DNA of 64,000 nucleotides from Mytilus californianus (taxonomy: Eukaryota). The notes under the pieces were generated by a model that was given only the letters and a program-made list of their open reading frames with translations, did not search any database and was not told the origin of the DNA. Shown here one piece after another: positions 26,550 through 36,637 of the stretch (the stretch's first letter is position 1; the number at the start of each line of letters is the position of its first letter). Both the position numbers and the translations under genes were made by a program. The DNA is taken from NCBI RefSeq assembly GCF_021869535.1, contig NW_026262690.1, forward strand, positions 60,884,001 through 60,948,000. The letters are read 5' to 3'.

Positions 26550-27630
26550 AAAGTGTACATTTCCCAAAAGTAAGGAAAGTTCATGTTCTGTTAAAGAAGT
26601 AATATACAGTTGTCCGTTTGTGAATTTATAAATTATTAAGAAAATATAGTGATAACTTCTTCAAGCAAAGTTGACCTTAGACTGATTTGGCGATTATATT
26701 TGGGTCTTTTATAGTCATAAAGCTCTTCAAATGTTTCGTTTCTTATGCATCCTTATACAGAAATATAATAGCTTTTTTTTATTATTATATATCATATTTT
26801 TCTTAATTGCGATTAAGATATTCATCCCTTAGCTCAACGTTCTGACGTACACGGTCAAATAACGCACTAATGGTTTTGAAAAATGTCGTTCACAACCACA
26901 AAAATTTACGGCATGATAACAAATTGAATGGAGCGTATACGATGACGATATTATGGGAAAACATTATAATGTGACATTTGAAGAGACGACATACAAATTC
27001 TGTAAATCCGCTTTTCTTCGTATCGGCAACCATAACAAATTCTACGGTATTTACCAAAGTGTGCATACAGTGAGTATATAACATTGTAAGATTCAGATTC
27101 TAAACACCGTATAAAGCTTTGTCTGTGAGGTAACAATATAATACAGTAGAGATCATAACATAAATGTTCATGTCCTCCGCCTGATAACCTGAATCCATAA
27201 TTTTCTGAATAGGTTCAAGCATTGCAGCACAAAGAGAACAATAATACATTGCATCAGGGTATAAATTGTATTTATTTTCGGCATGAACAATGATAGTAAT
27301 TCCAGGCGACCCTCACATTTAGCTTAGTGTAAGTAAATGTGCATGATTTCGTGACACTGATTTGTTATTTAATATTCATAAGATCTTTGAGTGTTTACCA
27401 CATTCATGTATGCAGGTAATTGGATTCAAAAGGAGATGTATTACTGTTGTAGTAAAACGTGATTTTAAAGACCTGTCTGAACCATTTTTTTGAATTCAAT
27501 GTTCTAAACATGTCTGAAGCAGCTATAGAGTAAACATCATTGAGACACAAATTCTAAAGAGGTGTTAACTTGCGTAAGTTCAATAAATTTAGAAATGTTT
27601 TAACTATTTTTTCCATAGACCATAAGCATA
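26550..27630 (-). pseudogene. Decayed Toll-like-receptor-like gene, copy 1
   Basis: LRR-like LCLNDVYSI (27524-27550); LRRCT-like VAWNYYHCSCRK*IQFIP* (27254-27310); TIR-like EEVITIFS**FINS..NFPYFWEM in one frame (26558-26662). Many frameshifts. Confidence 0.5.
26663..26755 (+). mobile_element. Retrozyme family B fragment (second piece at 27645-27700)
   Basis: GCAAAGTTGACCTTAGA..AGCTCTTCAA..TCTTATGCATCCTT matches 35720-35810. Confidence 0.7.
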
Positions 27631-27769
27631 AAAAAATGTAAATCGAGAAAAGTTTTTTGGATGCATGAAATTTATGAAGTGTTGTTTTTATTTTTTTTCG
27701 CACGTTTTTTGGGGCTATCATAGTTTGAAAGGCTAATAGTTCCAAATAGATAGAAATGCTAGTTAAGAC

Positions 27770-27952
27770 CGATTGTAAACTCGCATGGCAGGTGATGAAG
27801 ACAAAACAAGAGACGCTAACCATATCGACGCACCCGGTCTCGCTTCTATTGGAGTTTATGCGGTTGCCTAAGTTTTTTGTTTGTCGCCTTGATTGTCTTT
27901 TCCTAATCGATTTACGAGATTTGAACATCGGGAAACTACTGTTGCCTTAAGT
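27770..27952 (+). mobile_element. PLE lineage-3 3' terminal fragment
   Basis: Ends GATTTACGAGATTTGAACATCGGGAAACTACTGTTGCCTTAA, as 59230-59278. Confidence 0.85.
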
Positions 27953-28087
27953 ATAAAAAATGAATATTTTAGACATGAAAAATAGACAAAAATAGCTTAT
28001 AAGTACAGTGGCATGAGGTACATATAAGATTCTAATGCTCATCATCGTATTCGAATTAGCCTCCTGACTAGTTTGAGCCTTATGTAA

Positions 28088-28575
28088 AAAGTAAAATAAC
28101 AAAATACCAAACTCCAAGGAAAATTCAAATCGGAAAGTCACTTATAAATGGCAAAATCAAATGCTCAAACACAGCAAACGAATAGAAAACAACTGTCATA
28201 TTTCTGACTTGGTACAGGCATTTTTCCTTATGTAGAAAATGGTGCATAAAACCTGGTTTTATAGCTAGCTAAACCTCTCACTTGTATTACAGTCTCATTA
28301 AATTCCATTATATTGATAACAATGCGTGAACAAAACAAACAGACATAATAGGTAAAAATGTCAAAAATAGGGGTACAGCAGTCAACATTGTGTTATAATC
28401 TTAATCACTATAAAAACAAACAAATATGTCAAGAAAGAAAAGCAAAATGGCATATAGACATAGCACATAAGCAAAAATGAAAGACAAGACTACTAAAAAT
28501 GTACACAGCACAACAACACATTGGCGGGATACATAAGTACCGAGCCACGCCAAAAGGATATTACCAAAAAATATA
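28088..28575 (-). mobile_element. Family E with upstream segment F (PLE lineage-2 3' UTR)
   Basis: Links TTTGGCGTGGCTCGGTACTTATGTATCCC (also 38270-38296, directly after a PLE RT stop) to the E terminus, showing E is a PLE 3' region. Confidence 0.8.
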
Positions 28576-28789
28576 TCAATTATCAAATTACTTGGTATAT
28601 GAATATGGTCAATGGAAGGACATATACTATGAAATTAAGTGTTTTTTTTAGAGGGGGTGGGGCAGGGTGCAAATCCCGCCTTATTTAATTTTATATTAAA
28701 TACCTTTCAATTGACTAACCTTTAAAGATGGTCTTCGGAGAAAAAAATGGATATAAGAGTTATTTACATTTGAGACAATATTTCATTGA

Positions 28790-29775
28790 AACTGCCACAC
28801 TTTCTAATTTGCTGTCTGATTCATATCATATCCTTAAATAGACGTCATTTAGGCGATATCCTTTCAAAAAAAATCTCTGCAGTTTTAAACTGACAGGGTC
28901 AATTTTGCCACTTAAAATTGTACAAGTATGTATTTATTCGTATGAATATAATTCAACCCTGTCTACAGAAATATGTTATTTTTAATTTTTTTTAGTTTAT
29001 CATATTCATCTTAGTTGCGATATGGAAATGATTCCAATTAAGATATTCATTACTTAGCTCTTCTGACGTACATTTCTGGCCAAAGAACGCACTAAAGGTT
29101 TTAAATAACGTCGTCTACAAGCAAAAAATGACAGCATGATAACAAATTGAATGAAGCGTATACGATGACATTATTATGGGAACACATTATAATGTTACAT
29201 TTAAAGAGACGACGTATCAATTCAGTATTTTCTCGTATCGGTAACCATAACAAATTATACGGTATATGTACAAAAGTGTGCATACATTGACTGTGTAACA
29301 TTGTAACATTCAGATACTAAACACCGTATAGAGCTTTGTCTGTCAGGTAACAATACAATACAGTAAAGATTTACATACAACAAAATTTCACGTCATCCAC
29401 CTCAAATCCTGTATCCACAATATTTGTAATAGTTTTAAACATTGCAGTACAAAGAGAACATCACACAAGCTTAGTGTAAGTAAATGTGCATGATTCCGTG
29501 ACACTGATATGGATTTTAATATAGATAATATCTCTGAGTGTTTAGCACATTTATTTATGCAGATACTTGTAATTAAAAGCAGATGTGTGACTGTTGTTGT
29601 AAAACGTGATTTTAAAACATGTTTGGATCATTTTTTTTTTTAATTCAAAGTACTTAACATGATTGAAGCAGATATAGAGTATACGTCATTGAGACACAAA
29701 ACCAAAATAGGTCAACTTGTGCATGTTCAATGAAATATGAAATGTTTTAACTATATTGTCCATCGGCCACAAGCA
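28790..29775 (-). pseudogene. Decayed Toll-like-receptor-like gene, copy 2
   Basis: Paralogous to 26755-27630 over ~800 bp. LCLNDVYSI (29673-29699); LRR match LSILKSISVSRN = LxxLxxIxVxxN (29493-29528); possible TIR box 2 CRDFF*KDIA* (28849-28881). Confidence 0.5.
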
Positions 29776-31494
29776 CACCTTCTAGTAGCTGACTATGTAT
29801 ACTGTAACTTCAGAAGAGAAAATGATCTGTTTTGCTGATAGTTATGGTAAGGATAATACTCCTCTGTGTATTATCATATATCACCAAGACGGTTTTGCTT
29901 TATTTTTTTTTAAAGCTTTTACGGCATATTTGAATTTAAAACTCTTATATAACCAGAAAATATAGTGTTTCGGTTTATAACAAATCTTTTGGAATGCTAC
30001 ATTCATTTATTATTGTGATTAAATGTAATGAAATATTTAGATAAAGATCGACTTCTATGCAACACTTTGATCTCTATCTATATAATTGTGTTCAATGTTA
30101 TTTTTTAGAATACGTTTATCATAGCCCGTTCATTTGAAAGATTAAAAAGTAATGTTTCCTCTCTATTTCACATTAATTTTTCAAGTTGAAAACGGTTTCG
30201 TGTTCCTGATCAAAATCGTCATGTTTGATTGGTTTTCAAAGGCTGTTACCCTTTTACCAATCGATTTGACTTAAAACAAACTACAATTAACTTGTACGAA
30301 TTACGCGGCAAATTAATTATGCAATTCTACGGTCTGCATTTGCCATGTATTACTTCTTTCCATTAAACATCAAATTACATATTTCTTTTACCTGAATAAA
30401 TTCGTGTTCGTGCATAATTTCGTTCCATTTTAAAGAAATTAAATTTTGATATGACTAACTTTTTAGTTTCCCTGTCTTTAAAAGCTTTTACCGAAATATA
30501 AAGCTTTCAAAAAACTTTTGTAAATTTCTCAAAAGTTCGGAAAAAAATCCGATTAACAAACTCCAAGGAATCGATTGATAAAGTGCAGCGACAGATATCT
30601 AGTATATCTTGCTTATCTGTCATCACTCGTCATAAACTTGTTTAGCCACAGTTTCAAATATGCCTGACTTAAATCGCTTGACATTGAAATCAAAGTGACC
30701 TTTTGCATTAAATATTGCTGGCAAAACAGCATTTCTGCCTTTTATCTACATCTTTACCAGTTTTCTAATAATACAATTCTTTAAATGAACCTGTATTAAA
30801 GTATTGCTTAAATTTAAAATGTTATTAAAGTTATAACAGAAATATGTATGGTTTGAAATGTTGAATTACAGATATTTTGAATTTCAAATAATAGAATTAC
30901 GAGTCCCATATATTTTTGGGAACATGCATTTTTACCGTTAGTTTTGATGAAAGTCATAAAGAATCAACTGCAATATGAGTGACATTTTAGCATTCTTTGA
31001 TGAAAGCTGAACCGGTTTCAACCAATTTAATAAAATCAGTTAAATAAACTCATCATAGATTATAGGACTAAAAGCAAACCATACTTGGCATTTTCCATTA
31101 AATCATTTCATAATTTGAAAAGTAACACATTCGATCGTTTTATCCCATTGACTCATGACTCAGAATAGTTACAAATTTCATATTTTAACAAAATCCACAA
31201 GCCTTGAATTTTAAACTTGGTGAATTTAACCATCTCGAATGAAAATAAACGCACATGTTTTTATTCTCACGACGCGTTTTTTTGATATAATTACATGCAT
31301 GCATAACACTGATATCCAAAACATTAATGCAATCAATTGGTATGGGTGTTTAGGTATGAAGGTTATCAATCCTACCCGATATGTCTAAAATGTGGAAATA
31401 ATTATCGATCTCGCACTGTCGATGATATTCAGACGGGAGAATAAATACTTTCTACATTCTTTCTGATTATCTTCTTAAACTACAAGTTCAATCG

Positions 31495-31866
31495 GGAAAA
31501 TAACTTTAAACCAATGGTTCAAATTGGTAAAGTTGAAGTCATCCCTTCATATGTTTCCCAGATGACGACGAATACTATATTCGTCGTCATCTGGGAAACA
31601 TATGAAGGTGGTCATTACAATAATCCTGTCCTTTTTTCCTCTAAATTGACATCAGGGATTTCGTACTTACATGACCAACATGGAGGATGCCAAATGTAGA
31701 GCAGGATCTGCTTATCCTTCTGGAGCACCTACGACTACTCCAATTTTTTGTGGGGTTCGCGTTGTTAAGACTTTAGTTTTTGTATGTTGTATGTGCCATG
31801 GCGTTGTCAGTATGTTCCCGACGTATGAGTTTGAATATATCTTTGTCATCTTCCGACTCTCTTTTT
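31495..31866 (+). mobile_element. PLE lineage-1 3' fragment containing a fold-back duplication
   Basis: GTAAAGTTGAAGTCATCCCTTC..GAGCAGGATCTGCTTATCCTTCTGGAGCACC..ATGAGTTTGAATAT..CTCTTTTT. Confidence 0.85.
31544..31608. repeat. Perfect inverted repeat, 31-bp arms with a 3-nt spacer
   Basis: CCTTCATATGTTTCCCAGATGACGACGAATA-CTA-TATTCGTCGTCATCTGGGAAACATATGAAGG. Confidence 0.98.
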
Positions 31867-32957
31867 GAATAAGGTTTTATATTATGATATAAGAGATTAT
31901 TTTTTCTATACAATTTTGTTTTTTGATGCTGATCTGAAAGCTGCCACCGCGGAAAACAGTGTTTAAAGAAACGTGTGGTTAAAACATGAAAAAATTGAAT
32001 TAAATGACAAATACATTTAAACAGCATTGTTAACAGCCTCTTTAAAAATACTTAACATAATTAAGATAAGATTAATATCATGAATAAAAGGAGATGCATG
32101 ATATACGTTAATGAAAAAGCAACCAAATTAATGAATGGAAGATGATATGATGATGTCCCTAAAATTTATCAGAATTGTATTTATCTGAAATCCTACACAT
32201 TGCAAACATTGTAATTTATACATACTTGTTTTGGATTTAAGCATTCATAATGAAGATAAATCCTAATAAGCGGGACAATGGTTTGTAATTTAGTGTTCAT
32301 AAATATATGTGAGTGTTTAGCATGTTTTTTTATGCAGACAATTTGAATTAAAGCAAATATGTTACTGTTGTGGTATAACATAACTGTGATGTAATTGTAA
32401 GACCTGTCTGGACATTTGCAATTTATACCTCCTAGTTCATTAACTATCATGATGTTTTGTCATAAATGTTTTGTAGACTATTGTTTGTATTTTTGTGGTT
32501 TTTCTTTTTTTGCAACGGTTTTGTCAGTTTCTTTTCGACTTCAATAGAATTTTTACTATCTCTTTAGTACCCTCCGCCTTTTTTTATATCGATTATCAAA
32601 GCAAAACAAACTGTATCCAACGAGTAGCCAACTATTCGTTATGGGCATGATTTTATATAATATGTGCACAAATCAATTTAATGCATACATGATGCAATTT
32701 CACAAAATGATCGTATTGCTGAAAATAGTAGATATCTAGGTATTCGTGATCATATGTATCTTTTTATATCATTTAAAAGCTTTAATCAATTTGTTAATTT
32801 CATATGGTCAACACATTCGAGAACATACGCTGAAACAAAGAACCAATAAAAATTTAAGTGTCTACTTTGGGTAAGATAGAGACAAATGTGACAAATTGAA
32901 TATTAAAAAAATAATAAAACAGTCATACAAATTAATATTTGATTCGAAAAAAAAGAA

Positions 32958-33544
32958 AGGAGAAGGTCCGGTGGTGGCTTATATTGGCCTAAAATTTGAA
33001 GTACATCTGATGAAAGATGTTTTTGACATTTTTTATACACTTAAGTGTCTTCTTCAGTCGATTCAACTAAATTTTGTAAAAGATTTAAACTGATTTGGTC
33101 ATTAAATACGCCTAAATTCAAGCTTAAATATGAAAAATCTATTAAAAAAAAAATGCCACAAAACGTCACTTTTCAGATGATTTTTGTTAAAAATGAAAGT
33201 GGCCGCATTCGTGTTCAGTCTCAACCTTTTATATGTTATGAATCATCATCAAATACAACATATATTTAAATATATAAGACTGATCACAAGTGCGGCCACT
33301 TCCATTTTAGACAAAAACCCGTCTAAAAATAAGCACAAATGCTAAAATTGTGAAGATTTCAGTAATTTTGCATGAATTAATGATGCTAGTACCTGATGCA
33401 TGTGTGTTGAAATGTCAAAAACAGCTCATATTTATGTAACAAAAGTATTCAACTTTCCAGTAAATAGCTAAAAGTTTACAGTTTTACCAAATTTTTAAAA
33501 TGCTATATTTTGGGCCAAAAAGGGGTCTTACCGGGCTTACTTCT
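32958..33544. mobile_element. Non-autonomous TIR DNA transposon, Kolobok-like
   Basis: Left end AGGAGAAGGTCCGGT versus right-end reverse complement AGAAGTAAGCCCGGT. TTAA follows the right end (33545-33548); the left TTAA is degenerate. RR..YY termini. Internal 41-bp inverted repeat at 33181-33221 / 33277-33317. Confidence 0.6.
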
Positions 33545-34229
33545 TTAACAATGACAGGTCAAATAACAGTTGTAAAGTCACTTAGGTAACCCAATCTTAC
33601 TTCTTTAGCATCATATACCTCAAATATAAAAGGATTTCAAAAAACTTATATATAATTTTATATTGAACTAAAAACAAGAAAAAGTAAAACGTTCAACACT
33701 AACCAAAGATCACACAAACGGGGGTCAGAAAATGACAGACATTGATAATTTCTTAAATGCATTACGAATCTTATGGTTTAAACGAAAACAAAGGAATTTG
33801 CTAATTGGTAAGTCATTCCAATATATTGTTTTAACAAATTTGTTAAAAAAAACCTTATATTTCATATGATGCCAGACAACATAAACTCAATACCTAACAT
33901 AAGTAATACAATACCCTCATTTTACCTTAAAATATTAAAAAGTTGGGACAAAGCAAATAACACACCAACAACTAACATACCCACAGCCTATCTTAATTGG
34001 ATAAAATATTGTATTATTTACATCAATGACATCATTGACCAGAAAGCGCATATTTTTACAGAGTTTGGTTCTATGTTCAGCGAATGTTCCCAAAATTTAT
34101 TTACAATGATTGAGTCTACCCAACTATATACCTTCTGTTTCAGATTTATTAAGGTTTATACAGAAAGTGTTCCAAACATTTCTATTACATTCAATGCCAG
34201 GTTAATTTCATTTGCATACAAGTGATAAC

Positions 34230-34320
34230 ATTAACGGTACCACGTTTACTACACCAGATGCGCATTTCTATAAGTAATGTCTCTTCAGTGATGCTCAAGA
34301 CCTGCATATTTGAAAATCTA
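34230..34320 (-). mobile_element. Retrozyme family C 3' module
   Basis: Homologous to 35911-35966; contains the hammerhead below. Confidence 0.75.
34252..34296 (-). ncRNA. Minimal type I hammerhead motif, family C (stem II 3' strand mutated)
   Basis: GAGCATCA CTGAAGA GAC ATTACTT ATA GAAA T GCGC AT C TGGTGT. The copy at 35922-35955 keeps GAC..GTC but has lost the CUGANGA box. Confidence 0.75.
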
Positions 34321-34384
34321 ATTTCTATAAAACGTTCTAATATATATTTCTTTCTGGTTTAACCTTTATTGGAACCTGAAGTAT

Positions 34385-34731
34385 TTATGACAAATTTTTA
34401 CGTCAAAAGAGACATGAGATACCAAGTGGAAAGTAAAAAATCATTAGTCGAAAAAAAAGACAATACTACGACATAAGAACGACGAAAAGAAGTTGATAAA
34501 ATTCAACATAGAAAATGAAGACTGACAAAAAATTGTGGAAGATCTCTGAAGCTTCAGAAGAATAAGCACCCGTTGCTTTTCTTATCTAAGGTAAACTTCT
34601 GCGATCAGTCTCATTTTTTTATGTCACAAAAGGTAAAGTAGACAGGATCGTGGCTACGACAATGGGAAATTATCCGTATTATCTATTACAAAGATATTTC
34701 ATAAGGGTCAACCAAATCCATAATATTTATA
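34385..34731 (-). mobile_element. Degenerate PLE lineage-1 3' fragment (target of the family A insertion)
   Basis: AAAAGAGACATGAGATACCAAG..GATATTTCATAAGGGTCAACCAA matches 20700-21030. Confidence 0.65.
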
Positions 34732-35067
34732 TACCACTGCTGGTGGACGTTTCGTCCCCGAGGGTATCACCAGCCCAGTAGTCAGCACTTCGGTGTTGAC
34801 ATGAATATTAACTATATGGTCATTTTTATAAATTTCCTGTTACAAAACTTTGAATTTTTCGAAAAACTAAGGATTTTCTTATCCCAGGAATAGATTACCT
34901 TAGTCGTATTTGGCACAACCTTTTGGAATTTTGGGTCCTCAATGCACTTCGACTTTGTACTTGTTTGGCTTTATAACTATTTTGATCTGAGCGTCACTGT
35001 TGAGTCTTATGTAGACGAAACGCGCGTCTGGCGTATTCAATTATAATCCTGGTACCTTTAATAACTA
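34732..35067 (+). mobile_element. Full-length retrozyme family A monomer (336 bp) with a 24-bp target-site duplication
   Basis: Flanked by identical TCAACCAAATCCATAATATTTATA at 34708-34731 and 35068-35091; contains a hammerhead and a cUUCGg hairpin. Confidence 0.92.
34991..35034 (+). ncRNA. Minimal type I hammerhead ribozyme motif, family A (A6U lesion)
   Basis: GCGTCA / CTGTTGA / GTCT-TATGT-AGAC / GAAA / C-GCGC-GT / C / TGGCGT. Six-pair stem I, four-pair stem II, predicted GUC cleavage after 35028. Confidence 0.85.
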
Positions 35068-35489
35068 TCAACCAAATCCATAATATTTATAAGACTTGGG
35101 ATTCCTGCTTCAAATCAAAGCAGTGGTTGCATTATAAAAATACTAAGAATTTTTTTAAGCAATCTTTGCCTCTGTGAATTGTAACAAAACTAGTATATGA
35201 TTTTCCTTTCAAATTCTTCCCTTTATCATTATATGTAAAATTTGACAGATTCTTCTGTCTTGGACAAGACTTGGAACTCGGTGATACACAAACGAGCGAT
35301 TCGAACCTTTCGGTTTCAAAAGCTTGGTGTTGGTATTTTGCAATTGTATTCTGTATATGACGAGAAGTAATAGTAACTAGAGATACTTCCTTTGAATAAA
35401 AGTGATATGAAGTACACGACTTGGAAACAGCAACCCGATGACACAAATAACCAATTGGCATCAGAGCAGCAGACAGCCCTAACATTACA

Positions 35490-35910
35490 TGATGAAGGTA
35501 AATCCAGAAAAGCGCTTCGGACGCATGAAATTTATAACGTGTTGTTTTCATTTTTACAGGACTGGGTCGATACCTCTGCTGGTGGACTATCAGTTCCCGA
35601 TGGTATCATCAGCTCAGTAGTCAGTACTTCGGTACTGACATGATTTATAACAAACCTTATTAAAATTGTCCGTTAATAAATTTTAAAATTATAAGAAACC
35701 AAGGATTCAACTCCCTCAGGCAAAGTTGACCTTGGATAAATTTGGCTATTTTTTTAGGTCCTTTTTGGTCATATAGCTCTTCAACTGTTTAGGCTATTAT
35801 ACATTCTAGGCTCTCAAATATTCGGCTTTGAGCATTCCTGATGAAGGTAAATCCAGAAAAGCGCTTCGGACACATGAAATTTATAACGTGTTGTTTTCAT
35901 TTTTTACAGG
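35490..35910 (+). mobile_element. Retrozyme family B, 349-nt monomer bounded by ~71-bp direct repeats
   Basis: 35490-35560 equals 35839-35910 except for one substitution and one extra T; both repeats contain hammerhead core sequence. Confidence 0.92.
35832..35873 (+). ncRNA. Hammerhead ribozyme motif, family B variant core
   Basis: GCATTC CTGATGA A GG-TAAAT-CC A GAAA A-GCGC-TT C GGACAC. Predicted UUC cleavage after 35867; stem I is weakened by two CpG-type changes in this copy. Confidence 0.75.
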
Positions 35911-35966
35911 CGCCAATTTTACTGCACCAGATGCGCATTTCGACGGTTAATGTCTGTTAAGTGCTG
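35911..35966 (-). mobile_element. Retrozyme family C fragment abutting family B tail-to-tail
   Basis: CCAATTTTACTGCACCAGATGCGCATTTCGAC matches 34240-34268. Confidence 0.75.
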
Positions 35967-36014
35967 ATTTAGGACAAAAACCTGATACAATAGACATGTC
36001 TATACAATATGTCA

Positions 36015-36540
36015 AAAAATAGGCAGAAGATACCAAGGGACATTCAGACCTCAAGTACTAAGTCGAAAACTGAACTGGAAACGCCATGACAAAAAAAAAG
36101 TCCACACAATACTACATAACATGGAAAACTGAAGGCACAGCAATATTAACCCCACCAAACACCAGAAATGATCCTTAATGCTCCGGTAGGGTAAGCATAT
36201 CCTGCTCTACATGTCGCACCCTTCATATTGCTGATGGTAATAACATATTCGGTTAGAAGTCTCATTCGGCGATGTCACAAACAAGCTATTAATCGCCCCG
36301 AATATAAAAAAATGTGTATTAATTTAACAGAATATATCAAAGAATTATTTTTAGTATTAATATATAGTTAAAGAGAAGCGAAATATACCAAAGAAACACT
36401 CAAACGCATATGTCAAAATGACAATGCTATGGAAAGAAACTAAAAACGATCAATAGACCAGAAACAGTATACATAACACGACATAGAAAACCAAAGTCTG
36501 AGTCTGTTCAACATCCGACATCCCTCGTGTTATTCCTATA
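36015..36540 (-). mobile_element. Two degenerate PLE lineage-1 3' UTR fragments (36015-36290, 36365-36540)
   Basis: GAAGATACCAAGGGACATTCA, ACGCCATG, GGTAAGCATATCCTGCTCTACATG. Confidence 0.7.
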
Positions 36541-36637
36541 AAATACGTTGATAAGTTATTTCAAGTTATAAACCTTACACATTAGCGAATTATAGTAAAC
36601 AACTAAGGTATTTGATTGCGTCTAATATATTCCTTAA

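Larger units (their letters stand above)
31100..32450 (-). pseudogene. Decayed Toll-like-receptor-like gene, copy 3 (interrupted by a PLE at 31495-31866)
   Basis: 32300-32420 aligns to copies 1 and 2. LRRCT-like FKCICHLIQFFHVL..CFPRWQL in ORF 31773-32027; TIR-box-1-like KYEICNYSES at 31156-31185. Confidence 0.4.

Noticed and set aside
30655-30760. Plus-strand LRR-like peptide NMPDLNRLTLKS; a similar IQVLKNNIKWLP lies near 8835-8870
   Set aside because: Single short motifs without supporting neighbours; could be further TLR debris but are indistinguishable from chance.
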